Source: Anolis carolinensis (lineage: Eukaryota). Taken from it: a DNA stretch of 64,000 nt. A program made the position numbers and the translations under genes. Under the pieces are notes generated by a model, which was not told the DNA's origin, made no database searches, and saw only the letters and a program-made list of their open reading frames with translations. Shown one piece after another: positions 32,213 to 53,706 of the stretch. The DNA lies in assembly GCF_035594765.1 (NCBI RefSeq), contig NC_085845.1, forward strand, positions 188,744,897 through 188,808,896, given 5' to 3'. Positions within the stretch are counted from its first letter, which is position 1. Each line of letters starts with the position of its first letter.

Positions 32213-32517
32213 CACTGTGTAACAAAATTTGAAAAATTTATGTTCCTGGTTTGAAAATGTTATTTCCTGTTTAATTTTGCAGTTCTTACTTGGAAAGTAG
32301 TTGTTATACTCCAGAGACTTTGTTTTTGTGATTGCCAAAAACTGTCTTGAATTGGTTGAGATTCAGATATTCATTGAAAATCTATAGCAAAATATACTGC
32401 AGGATGTTCCGCAAAAACAAAGTTTTTGCAGTTTAATAAACATTTTCCATATTTTATGATAGACCCAATTAGGAAATGACATTTATAACCCAGGAACAAA
32501 AATCGTATTACATAATG
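32213..32517. mobile_element. Old TA-flanked DNA transposon in the TUBA8-like 3' region
   Basis: Imperfect terminal repeats (CACTGTGTAAC..TGTTCCTGG / CCAGGAACA..TTACATAATG), flanked by TA. Confidence 0.55.
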
Positions 32518-33358
32518 TATGAGCCAGGTTTCCTTTTAGGACCACAACCCCCAGAGCCTTCCAGTGAGCATGCAGCTAACTGTAGTGACTGGACAATTTT
32601 GGAAGTTGTAGTCCAAAATGTTTCAAAACTCTAATGAAAGGAGAAGCCTTCTGGCACCATTGGGCCAGAACAGGTCAGATCAAATCTTGACTCCCTTGAA
32701 AAATTCCAGGTCAGCTTTCTTTCACTGACCTGAACAACTGGAGAACTGATCTTTCTGAACACAAAACAAATTAGTTTCACCCTATTTTGCTTTCAGCTAG
32801 ACCGTAGGAGCTGGTCTGACCACCTGGCGTCCTAGCAAAGGAGAGCTTTCTGATCCAAAACAGGTGGTAGGGCAGGCAATTATGCCTGTTTAGGTGCTCC
32901 GGGGGTTATGCCATTTTTATGGTGGTGTTTTTCAATAGTCCCAGAGGGCTGAATTTTCTCCATCCTCGCTTTCTTCCCATTTTAAGAGGATATTGGGCAT
33001 AAGTTCTACTTGTACATGCTAGTTTATTGGATTATCTTTTGAGTCTCTTGTTCCAGGAAAGGTCCCAGAATTTCCTTTTGAGATGTGGCCATCCACTGGG
33101 ACATCCAAAGTCAATGGCATCTTGTTAAAATAAAATCTTTGCCTATACAAACCACCACAAAGTGTCACTCTAGATGTCCTATGAAACAGACATACTACAA
33201 GTCAAAGAACCATTGTGGTTACAACCATTCAATCCTCCAAATCATGTTTGTTGCAACTCCCAGTAGCTCCTGCAAGTATAGCCAATAGGAAGGAATGCAA
33301 TCCAGCAACATGAAGGCCGCATGTTGTTACATAAGTTAACAGATTGGTCATAGATATA

Positions 33359-33644
33359 CAGTAGAGTCTCATTTATCCAACATAAACGGGCCAGCAGAAC
33401 ATTGGATAAGCGAATATGTTGGATAATAAGGAGGGATTAAGGAAAAGCCTATTAAACATCAAATTAGGTTATGATTTTACAAACTAAGCACCAAAACATC
33501 ATGTTATACAACAAATTTGCAGTAATGCTATGCAGTAATTACTGTATTTACGAATTTAGCACCAAAATATCACGATATATTGAAAACATTGACTACAAAA
33601 ATGCGTTGGATAATCCAGAATGTTGGATAAGTGAGATTCTACTG
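33359..33644. mobile_element. MITE family A
   Basis: Same terminal repeats, TA duplication. Confidence 0.88.
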
Positions 33645-35429
33645 TATTCATCAACAGGTTGATAAGGACACTGGAAACTCTGGGAGCTCAGGACTAATGT
33701 TTCCATTTCATATCCTCCTTTGGTACACAAAAATATTAACTGAAGTATGACAGCAGTATGGCAGAGTGAGGAGAAGGTCAAGTTCTGTCTAGCAGGAAAT
33801 GGCCTTGTGGATGAGTGAGAGCATCTTTTGTGTGTTTCATACTCAGGGGAGAGTGTGCTATGCTTAATACACCAACACACAGTTTTTGGCAACTTTTGTT
33901 GATTACAGTTGTAGTTAGGATTTCTTTCTGTACAGGTCTGGATCCAGGCATTGACCAACCCACCAGTTAATCGATACGCCCAACCTTCCGACTGATTTCA
34001 CAAACCCTAAACCTCTCTGCATTTCCCCCTTGTGGCCAGGGATGTGAGAATGGCCTCCATCTCAAAGAGGGGCCAGACCAATTCTGGTGCACACTCTTTA
34101 GCAGGGGACCCCTTATACCTATTCCCAATGCCTGAGCGATTTTGGTAATAGCTGTCCTGTATCCAGGATTCATGGCACTAGCTTATGGAGGGAAGGAGGG
34201 GGTAATCTGCCATGCTTGCCAACCTGCTGCACAACGCTGGCCACCCTAAACTGCAAAAGAGCTGCATGAGTAAGTTACACAGTTCTCTTATCATTATTGT
34301 TACATGCAGACGGGTGGATTTTTGATGCTCCCAAAATTTGCTTCCTAACAAATCTTCCAGTTCTTATTTCTGAGTAGAAAATTCATAATGTGTATTTTTA
34401 AACTCTGATATTTTTTATTGCATCTGTTAAGCAGACATGCAAAATGAGGAATTTTGGAAACCCCCAGTACTTGTTGCTGGGCTCAACAACTGCTTTTTTT
34501 GTGTAGCTCTCAGAATATTTCCTTCTCATCTTTGCAGGTATGCTCAGCATCCCCATTTGTTGTCATAATCGTTTTGTCTCACTGCAAGGCTTCCATTAGT
34601 AATACACGCATGATCTCTGAGATTGTGCTTATACTTCCATAATTAATTTGGGGGTTGCCATTCCATAATTAATTTGGGGGTTGCCATTCCAGAGGTACCA
34701 ATGCAGCCCAGAAGTATTCCATGTCATGGGTGCATTGGGGCCACCACTGCCATTGTGAGACTGGCAATAAGCAGCTCTTTGTCAGAGGCTTGCTAGCATT
34801 GCAATTCCTAGTCATATGGCTGGGCAGCCTGGCATTTTTTTCCGTGTCAGGAGCGACTTGAGAAACTGCAAACCTGGCATGACTTTGCCAGAAGCAATGT
34901 CACCATCAAACTTTTGTTAGGGAGCCGCTTATTGCCAGCGATGCAGTGTTAGGTTTGTTGTAGGTGTGAACAGTGTTTCGGGCCTGATCCACTGGAAATG
35001 AGGAATTCTACTTCCATGTGACCCTTGTTAACAGATGGATACATTGCTTCTGCTTTAAATTCAACTGTGCCATCTGGACTCCCTGCAGCAGCTAACTGTC
35101 GACATGGCCATAGTTACTCAGTTCTTTCTACATTGAACTTGATGCTCGAATGGAAGAATAAAAAGATTCAAAGGCGAGTTTAGAGTATGTTTCCTTAGCT
35201 TTGTTGCAACAATTGTGAAATTGTACTCAGTTACAGCTGACAGGCTTCCTTTGGAAAACAGAACGGCCACTTCATGAACAAAAGGTTGGACTCAAGGGCA
35301 GCTGAAAAGCATCTACTTGCATAATTAGAGCCAGTCAATAGCTTTGAGGGGGGTGGGGTGCAGACCTTTACTGTGCCTCAGTTTCCCCTCTGGAGGCCTA
35401 AGGTTGTTTTCCCTTTGGCACCACCCCTC

Positions 35430-35841
35430 TATGCTCCACACCACTGGAGAAATTATAATATTTAGCCGGCACTGCACCACCTGACATCCGCTGGGAAGTA
35501 GCAACCAGCAATGAAAGGACAGAGGCAGTGACATCTCCAGCCCACCCCTATTCGGATATCAGACAGTACGTCAATGCCTTAAATCAAGAAATCATTTTCT
35601 AAGAAGTATAGAGATACTCACAGGAACACCTCAGCAAGCAAGAGTCCAAAAGTGGCAGGCTAAAACCCGGAACCTCAATCCATGCCTGATACTAAATGAG
35701 AGATTCCCTCCTGGAAACACAGAAGACTGAGTGACTTGAAAGGCACTGAACAGACTGCGCTTTGGCACCACAAGATGCAGAGCCGAACTTAAGAAATGGG
35801 GCTATAAAGTGGAGTCCATGACATGTTCATTATTATAAATA

Positions 35842-35906
<65 letters not shown>

Positions 35907-36130
35907 GTGAGTGTGGAGAAGAGCAAACCACAGAGCACCTATTACAATGCAGTCTGAGCCCTGTCACATGCACAATGGATGACCTTCTTATAGCAACACC
36001 AGAGGCACTCCAAGTGGTCAGCTACTGGTCACAGGACATTTAGTATAATGCCAAGTTTTCAGCTTTGTTTGTGTTTTCAAATGCATTGCAACTGTACCCT
36101 CGGTTCACTTCTGACACAGTAAATAAATAA
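35430..36130 (+). mobile_element. 5'-truncated Vingi-like LINE, interrupted by a (TTA)n insert
   Basis: 3' CTTCTGACAC..(TAAA)n, duplication CCACCCCTC (35421-35429, 36131-36139), decayed C-terminal ORF. Confidence 0.7.
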
Positions 36131-36457
36131 CCACCCCTCAGGTGTCATCTTTAACCAAAGCTTGGTTCTCACCTTAGAGGTCCAAAGGGTGCATTCCAAA
36201 TAGTTCACAGTAACAGAGTGAAAATAAAGAGCAATTAATAGATGACTGCAGTCAGGAAGTAGGATCCATAGCAGCCCAAAGTTTAGCCCAACTGGAGTCC
36301 AATATAGCAGGAGCTGGGCGTTATGAAAGGGGCTGGCTAAGAGTAGAGAGTCTGCATGAATATATTATTTCCAGTGCCCATAAAATTCTGTCTTGAAATC
36401 TGAAGTGAATCTGGATTTTGTGCTTGAGTTATTCTGTTACCTTTTAATAATTACTCT

Positions 36458-36499
36458 TGTTCGCTTCAGCAGCACATATACTGAAATCAAAATGATACA
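36458..36499 (+). pseudogene. 3'-truncated U6 snRNA pseudogene
   Basis: TGTTCGCTTCAGCAGCACATATACTGAAATCAAAATGATACA versus the U6 5' end GTGCTCGCTTCGGCAGCACATATACTAAAATTGGAACGATACA. Confidence 0.75.
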
Positions 36500-37339
36500 A
36501 TCATTGCTCTTGTTATGTTTGTGGTTTTTTGTAGGATCCAGCAGGTTCATGGTATCCACTAGACAGTGCTTCTCAAACTGTGAGTCCCCAGGTGTTTTTG
36601 GCCGACAACTTGCAGAAACCCCAGCCATTTTACCAGCTGTTAGGATTTCTGAGAGTTGAAGGCCAAAACATCTGGGGATCCACAGGTTGAGAGCCGCTGC
36701 ACTAGAGTTTGATTCCAGGACCTCTTGTGGATCCAAAAATCTGTGGATGCTCGAGTCCCATTATATACAATGGCATGAAAAAGTTGTTCCTGATACAGAA
36801 AATGGTAAAATTAAGGTTGTGTTTTAGATTTTTTTTTAAATTCAAACTGTAGATAGGTGAAGCTGTGGGTGGATATGAAGATCCGGCTGTATTTGAAAGC
36901 AGAGTGTAATGTTAGGAAATTAGTAGAAATTGAAACATTTTTCATATCCCTCCTTGTTTCGTCAGTCCCATATATTCCCTGACATATTTGTCTCTGTTTG
37001 TGGTCAATTTTATGGCTCACAATTAGAGTGGTTTGATCCCATATCAACTACAAATCCCATGATTACACAGGATGGCTCCATCCTATATAATCTTGGGATT
37101 TGTGATTTTGTGAGGTATTTAGAATTCTCTGCCAGAGAGCGCTTGTACCAGACTCAGCCAGACTATAAATCCAAGAATTCTATAGGATGCCGCTATGGCA
37201 GTTTATAGTGGAATCATAGTGCTATCATTGTGGGTGCAGAAGAACCCTGTGATTCTCTTTCTTTCTCTGCCTATATTTCACATAGCATGGAAAATGCTGA
37301 GCTTGAGCTACCTTTGTGTTCCAAGTAAAAAGGGATGAG

Positions 37340-37606
37340 TTTCAGAGGGGATATATATATATGGCTGTATGTAAAAAGCTGGTGATGTAACTGGGCCAAT
37401 GTGTGTGTGTGTATCTGGTGGGAATTGTGACCTCTTTCCTCCCCTGCTCTATGACACTGAAGGGTAAGAGCAGCTGTTTGGTGCTGGTCCCACTTTGGCT
37501 CCTGCACTACAGCTCAAAGCGATCCAGCGTGAGTCGCGGAGAAACAGAAACAGAGACTTCTAACTGCAGTTGACCAAGAAAGGAAGCGAGAATCAGCCAG
37601 AACATT
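37340..37606 (+). promoter_or_regulatory. Candidate TUBA8 promoter and 5' UTR
   Basis: AT-rich TATA-like run near 37351, CCAAT near 37396 and E-box CAGCTG near 37471, upstream of the exon 1 ATG. Confidence 0.35.
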
Positions 37607-47079
<9,473 letters not shown>

Positions 47080-49032
47080 AAAGGCAGCTTGCCCCTGACT
47101 GCACACAATGACATTTTAAACATCTCTTCATTGTCCTGGGGGACAATTTGCTGCACAGCTTCTGCTTACTTGAGAGGAATTGGAAGAAGAAGGAATAAAA
47201 GGGGCACAGCAGAACTGTCTGGTGGATTGCACCTTACTGTATATGTTAGTGTTGGATGGGAAACTGCCAAAGAGGTGCTGTAGGAAAGAAATGGCAAAAC
47301 TATCTTTGACTACTCCTTGCCCAAGAAACCTTATGAAATTCATGAGGTTGCCACAAGTGAACACACTCACAAACACACATATGTAAAAATTAGATTGTTC
47401 CCTCTTAGATGGAGTTTTCAAAGACTTCTTTCCTTATGTTGCCTATTACATGAACATTCATCCTATTCCTTCCCTATACCCATGAAAGAAAAGGGTCTTA
47501 GTGACAGTATCTTTTAGGAAAGAAACGTAGAGAACTGACTTTTTAAGACTATAACACCACAAATTGTCTCCCAGCTAGCATACTATTGGATATTTCAGTC
47601 CCCAAAAATATAATTTTCCTAGGTTCTGGAAAGACAGATTGGGATCTACCCATTGCCAACAATTTGTAAAATCCAACATTTTAAATAGTAATAACAATGA
47701 CACTCTCTCCATGATATAGACGAAATGTAGAAAAAAAACACCTGAGTTAACAAGAGTGGGCCTCTTAATTAGAAGTTTAGAAGGAAAGTGCATTCTGTGC
47801 AGTTCTGGTTCAACAAATTAGCCCCTGAGTTGAAAATACTTTAGTATTATGAACAGTGGCATTTGTCAGTCACCTGGGATTTGGTTCCAAGACTCCATGT
47901 GGATATTAAAATCAAAGGGTGCTCAAGTCCCATTTATGTACAATGGCACAGTAAATGGTACTCCTTATATAAAATGAATTTTTTAAAAAAAAAATTGGAA
48001 TTAAAAAAAACATTTCCAAGCACTGGATAATTGAATCCATTCATACAAAATCTATGAGTATGGAGGGCCTGCTGTACTTTTCTTTTGCACCAGGTACCAC
48101 TTGATAGAACAGGCATGGGCAAACTTAGACCCTCCAGGTGTTTTGGACTTCAACTCCCACAACTCCAGCTGTTAGGAATTGTAGGAGTTGAAGTCAAAAA
48201 TACCTGGAGGGCCCAAGGGTGCCCATGCCTGTGATAGAAGCTTCTAAGGAAAACATTTGAACCACAAGGCTCCATTTTAAAGAGTTTTGAGGACAGAGTA
48301 AGCTTGGTTCATAGCCAGAAATGGCATGCCAGCAGCACTGAAGGTGGTAGGGAAGCATTGCTGAAAATAAACAGAAGGAGTCTTAATGTGTCTTGAAACT
48401 ATTTTAATTGTTTTACATCAAAAAGAAGAGATTCCTACTGTAGTATGTGTGTGTGTGTGTATCTATTTGTGAATGAATGCACATATTGGTGGTTGGTGAA
48501 AATTAGGCAGTGAATCTGCATTGGCCTTCAAGTCCAAACTTTAAAAGAAATACCCAGGGTGCTGAAAACTATCCCTAAATAACACAGTAACAGATTTTAT
48601 CATAAACTGTCATCTGGCCCTGACACACATGAAGGTTGGCTTTTTTCTGGTTTCCTATGGTGAGAGCCTTCAGCAATCTAGGGCTGCGGCATGAGAGGAA
48701 AACACATCTCCTTCTCTAAGTTTCATTTCTTGGCTGTGACACCTCAGGAAAGAACAGGAAATGTGAACCTAAACCAAAATAACATGTGGGGAGGGAGGTG
48801 AAATCTAATGCATCTTGTAGAGCAGGCACGGGCAAACTTCAGCCCTCCAGGGGTTTTGGACTTCAACTCCTTCCATTCGTAACAGCCGATAGGCTGTTAG
48901 GAATTGAAGTCCAAAACCCCTGGAGGGCCGAAGTTTGCCCGTGCCTGCTCTACATTGTAGATGCACCACAGAGAGCAGAGTCCTTGGGGCTAAGTCAGGC
49001 ACGGGCATACTTCGGCCCTCCAGGTGTTTTGA

Positions 49033-49473
49033 GGAATGTGTCCACAGCAGGGCAACTAAAATGATCAAGGGTCTGGAGAACAAACTCCACGAAAAGCAGC
49101 TTAAAGAGCTGGGCATGTTTAGGCTGCAGAAGAGCGACATGATAGCCATGTATAAATATGTGAGGGGAAGTCATAAGGAGGAGGTAGCAAGCTTGTTTTC
49201 TGCTGCCCTGGAGACTAGGATGCGGAACAATAGCTTTAAACTACAGGAAAAGAGATTCCACCTGAACATCAGGAAGAACTTCCTCGCTGTGAGAGCTGTT
49301 TGGCAGTGGAACTCTCTGCCCTGGAGTTTGGTGGATGCTCCTTCTTTGGAGACTTTTAAGCAGAGGCTGGATGGCCATCTGTTGGGGGTGCTTTGAATGT
49401 GATTTTCCTGCCTCTTGGCAGGGGGTTGGACTGGATGGCCCACAAGGTCTCTTTCAACTCTATGATTCTATGA
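49033..49473 (+). mobile_element. CR1 LINE 3' fragment
   Basis: ..RATKMIKGLE..FHLNIRKNFL..WNSLP..FKQRLD; (ATTCTATG)n tail. Confidence 0.88.
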
Positions 49474-50072
49474 AAGCCATTGTTCCGCGTCCTAGTCTCC
49501 AGGGCAGCAGAAACAAGGTTGCTCCCTCTTCCCTATGACTTCTCCTCACATATTTATACATGGCACTTATCATATCTCCTCTCAGTCTTTTCCTCTGCAG
49601 GCTAAACATGTCCAGCTCTTTCAACCACTCCTTGTAGAGCTTGTTCTCCAAACCCTTGATCATTTTAGTTGCCCTCCTCTGGACACCTTCCAGCTTGTCA
49701 ACATCTCCCTTCAATTGTGGTGCCCAGAATTGGACACAGTATTCCAGGTGTGGTCTGACCAAAGAAGAATAGAGGGGTAGCATGACTTCCCTGGATCTAG
49801 ACACTATACTCCTATTGATGCAGGCCAAAATCCCATTGGCTGTAGGCTCATGTTCAACTTGTTTCTCATGAGGACTCCAAGATCTTTTTCAGACATCCTG
49901 CTGTTGAGCCGGGTGTTCCCCCATTCTGTATCTTTGCATTTCATCTTTTTCTGCCTAAGTGAAGTATCTTGCATTTGTCCCTGGTGAAGTTCATTTTGTT
50001 AGTTTCAGCCCATCTCTCTAGTCTGTTAAGATTATTTTGAATTCTGCTCCTGTCTCCTGGAGTGTTAGCTAT
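49474..50072 (-). mobile_element. CR1 LINE fragment
   Basis: ..LYSSLVRPHLEYCVQFWAP..VQRRATKMIKGLE. Confidence 0.88.
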
Positions 50073-50384
50073 CACTCTCTACTGGCTGTTAGGAATTGTG
50101 GGAGTTGATGCCCAAAACACCCGGAGGGCCGAAGTTTGCTCTTGCCTGGCCTAAGTGATTAAACGGAGGCTGCTGTACTTTGGCCATATCATGAGAACAC
50201 ATAACTCTCTAGAAAACTAATAATATTACTCTAGAAAAGTAATAATGCTTGGTAATGTAGGAATCAGCAGGCAAAGAGGACCACATTCCTGATGTATGGA
50301 TTCAATGCATGAAACAATCTCCAGAGGCAATGCACATCCTCTGCCAATCAGTTTCCGGTCCCAATTCAAGGTGCAGGTGATAAC

Positions 50385-50950
50385 CTATGAAGTCCTAAAC
50401 GACTGCCTATCTTGGTGAACGCATGAACCCACATGAGCTCTAAGATCTGCTGGGGAGGCTCTCCTCTCGATCCCACCTCCGTCTCAAGGACGGTTGGTGG
50501 GGACGAGAGAGAGGGCCTTCTCGAGGGTGGCCCCCAGGCTCTGGAACTCCCTCCCAAAGGAGATTAATTTAGCTCCTACTCTGGATTCCTTCCGGAAGAA
50601 TCTGAAAACATGGATTTTCACAGGTGCTTTCTCATAACTGATCATTAATTGTCCATGAGCTTTACCTAGGCCTTGGCCATTCCATGCACTATTACCTTTA
50701 GTAGCTCTCATCCCTAGTTACCAAAGAATATGCACTTTCAGGCTTCCATTTTCCCTTAAAATGGCCCATGGCCTATGGTGCTTGACTACTGGGATTACTG
50801 TCTATGTTTTAAGTTATTTTAATTTTTGTGAGATGTGTTATTATACTATGATTTTATTGTGTTACTGTTTTATGGATGTAATACTGTTTTGGGCTTGTCC
50901 CAGTGGAAGCCGCCCCAGGTCCTTCGGGAGATGGAGCAGAGTATAAAGTT
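50385..50950 (+). mobile_element. L2-like LINE 3' fragment
   Basis: ..RAFSRVAPRLWNSLP..FRKNLKT-type ORF end, then an AT-rich 3' UTR and terminal stem. Confidence 0.65.
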
Positions 50951-50990
50951 TTATTGACACAAAGATGGAGCAGAGTATAAAGTTTTATTG

Positions 50991-51771
50991 ACACATAGTA
51001 TGACACAGCAAACAAGATCTATATGTTGAATTTCGTATCACAAAATCACAAGTCGAACACTTCCCAAGTGTCTAGGACTGCGTGATGTATTTTCAGATGA
51101 TGCACGCAGATCCCAGTAAGGTGGCCTTTGCAGTTGACAGATCGTAATTTTGTCAATGTTTATTGTTTCCAAATGCTGGCTGAGATCTTTTGGCACAGCA
51201 CCCAGTGTGCCCATCACTACAGGGACCACCTGTACTGGTTTATGCTAGAGCCTTTGCAGTTTGATCTTGAGGTCTTGATAACAGCTGAGTTTTTCCTGTT
51301 GTTTTTCCGTCAATCCTAGGAACTGGGGCTTTCCAGAGTGAACCAGTTGCAGTGAAACAAGGGTCCACAATGAACACAATGCTATCACAATGAACACAAT
51401 GCTAGGAACTGGGCTTCCCAGAGTGAACCAGTTGCAATGAAATAAGGGTCCACAGTGAACACAATGCTAGCAACTGGGCTTTACAGATTGAACCAGTTGC
51501 AACGAAATAAGGGTCCACAATGAACACAATGCTATCACAATGAACACAATGCTAAGAACTGGGCTTCCCAGAGTGAACCAGTTGCAATGAAATAAGGGTC
51601 CACAATGCACACAATGCTAGGAACTGGGCTTTCCAGAGTAAACCAGTGGCAATGAAATAAGGGTCCACAATGAACACAATGCTAGGAACTGGGACTGTCA
51701 CCTGGGATGGCGACATCAATAATTCAAACTTTTTTATTTTCCACAACCCTGAGGTCTGGTGTGTTGTGTTC
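50991..51771 (-). mobile_element. R4/Dong-clade fragment interrupted by a minisatellite
   Basis: Homologous to 61618-62030; ends at the assembly gap. Confidence 0.8.
51316..51692. repeat. 65-bp minisatellite with alternating 20-bp sub-duplication
   Basis: Units start at 51316, 51402, 51467, 51552, 51617 and 51682. Confidence 0.9.
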
Positions 51772-51904
51772 NNNNNNNNNNNNNNNNNNNNNNNNNNNNN
51801 NNNNNNNNNNNNNNNNNNNNNNNNNNNNNNNNNNNNNNNNNNNNNNNNNNNNNNNNNNNNNNNNNNNNNNNNNNNNNNNNNNNNNNNNNNNNNNNNNNNN
51901 NNNN
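51772..51904. other. Assembly gap (133 N)
   Basis: Run of N. Confidence 1.
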
Positions 51905-52079
51905 CCCTACCATATGCAGAAAGCTTCCCCATGTGCACTTCACTTATATTTCTATCAGGTGAGTATGATTGCTTTGCATTCTCCCTAATCTCCCAAACTG
52001 TTCGATGTGTGTAGTGCAAAATATTATTGCATGTGGACGAGGGTTAGTAGAAAGAGAATTGTCCCTGGGCTGCAGAGGT

Positions 52080-52349
52080 AGGGAAGGAGGCGGGCGAGGA
52101 GGAGGCGGAGGCGCTCTGGAAGCGAAGCTGGTTAAGTTTCACTTTCCAAAGCGAGACGGGCTTCAGCGGGAAATCAAAACTCATCGCCGGCTGCTCGGTG
52201 CTGCCCTCTAAGGAGAGGCGCCCAGCTGTCAAAAAGGGAGCGGACCGCGCCGGGATCGGAGGCTTCCCTGCCGCTCGTGTGGACGCAAAGCCAAGCGGAG
52301 TGGGGACCAGGCAGCGGGAAGGGTTTAGCCCTCCTTCTCCTACATCACC
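52080..52349 (+). promoter_or_regulatory. USP18: USP18 CpG promoter with ISRE and non-coding exon 1
   Basis: CpG-rich, GC boxes, consensus ISRE AGTTTCACTTTCC at 52135-52147, second ISRE-like GAAATCAAAACT at 52170-52181, donor ACC|GTAAGT at 52350. USP18 is a classical interferon-stimulated gene. Confidence 0.8.
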
Positions 52350-52781
52350 GTAAGTCACCTTCAAAGCGTTTTTTCTCCAACCTGCCATTTTTGGGTACAT
52401 ATTCACTGTAGAATTAGTGCACTTTGACAACACTTCAGTTGCCTTGGCTCCTTGCTTTGAGATCTTCGGAACTGAAGTTTGATGGGGCACCAGGACTCTT
52501 TGGCTGGGAAGACTAAAACCCACGTAAGATTACAACACCCACGATCCAGTAGCATTGAGCCATGGATAGTTGAAGTGCTCTCAAACTGCATTCATTCTGC
52601 AGTGTAGATGTACCCTTTGAATCCCCTTTTCTTCTGGGTTGGGGATCATTTGAACTGGGGACGCACTTGTGTTTTTATTTTAAATTTTTTTTTGCACTAT
52701 TTGGTCCTTAAAACGCTTCAGAAAACGGTTTTGCATCGCATTTAAAGTCCCAAGGAGTGTATGTAACTGACTTCCATGTTA

Positions 52782-53085
52782 CAGTAGAGTCTCACTTATC
52801 CAACATAAACAGGCCAGCAGAACCGTTGGATAAGCGAATATGTTGGATAATAAGGAGAGATTAAGAAAAAGCCTATTAAACATCAAAATAGGTTATGATT
52901 TTACAAATCAAGCACCAAAACATCATGTTATACAACAAATTTGACAGAAAAAGTAGTTCATTACACATTAATGCAGTAATTACTGTATTTACGAATTTAG
53001 CACCAAAATATCACAATGCATTGAAAACATTGACTACAAAAATGAGTTGGATAATCCAGAATGTTGGATAAGTGAGACTCTACTG
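52782..53085. mobile_element. MITE family A
   Basis: Same terminal repeats, TA duplication. Confidence 0.88.
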
Positions 53086-53098
53086 TATATGTGAATAT

Positions 53099-53305
53099 GG
53101 GTGCATCTGTAGAATTAATGCAGTTTGACATCAGTTTTACTCCCATGCCACCGAATCCTGGGAGTTGTAGTTTTTTAAGGTCTTTAGCCTTCTCTGCCAA
53201 AGAAGTTTGGTGCCTCACCAAACTACAACTCCCAGGATTTCATAGCATTGAGCCATGGCAGTCAAAGTGGTGTCGAACTGTGTTAATTCTACAGGGTAGA
53301 TGCAT
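53099..53305. mobile_element. Palindromic non-autonomous DNA element (GGTGCATCT..AGATGCA, possibly PIF/Harbinger-type)
   Basis: About 200-nt inverted repeat; degenerate copies near 2260, 10390, 12495, 23840, 37070, 43190, 46410 and 52395. Confidence 0.65.
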
Positions 53306-53550
53306 GCTAGGACTTTAGAGATTTGGGTTTGAATCCTGGCTCCAGCATGAAAACCCATTGGAATATCTTGGAAAAGTCACATTTTCTCAACCTCAGAGGA
53401 AGCAAATAACTAAACACGCAGATGTCTATAATCTACAGTGAAACGTATAAAGGAAAGTATGGTATATAATATGTAAGTACTATGTTAGTAATGTAATATT
53501 ATCTCCTATATAAGCAACTTTTAGTGGCACTTGTTATACAAGCTGCAAAA

Positions 53551-53706
53551 GAAGGGGATTATGGTGTTGTACTAACATCCATCTAAACTGGATTTGAATA
53601 TAAACAGTGGTAGATCATAGCCCCATAGGGACGGGGCTATGATCTACCACTGTTTATATTCGAATCCAGTTTAGATTGATGTTAGTACAACACCATAATC
53701 CCCTTC
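53551..53706. repeat. Near-perfect inverted repeat, 74-bp arms, 8-nt loop
   Basis: 53551-53624 versus 53633-53706, 2 mismatches by eye. Confidence 0.95.

Noticed and set aside
34635-34691. 26-bp exact tandem duplication (similar short duplications near 38550 and 50929)
   Set aside because: Ordinary slippage events with no functional context
51316-51692. CRISPR-like periodic array
   Set aside because: Eukaryotic context, no unique spacers, no cas genes; it is a minisatellite
51552-52019. ORFs spanning the N run
   Set aside because: Artefacts of the assembly gap
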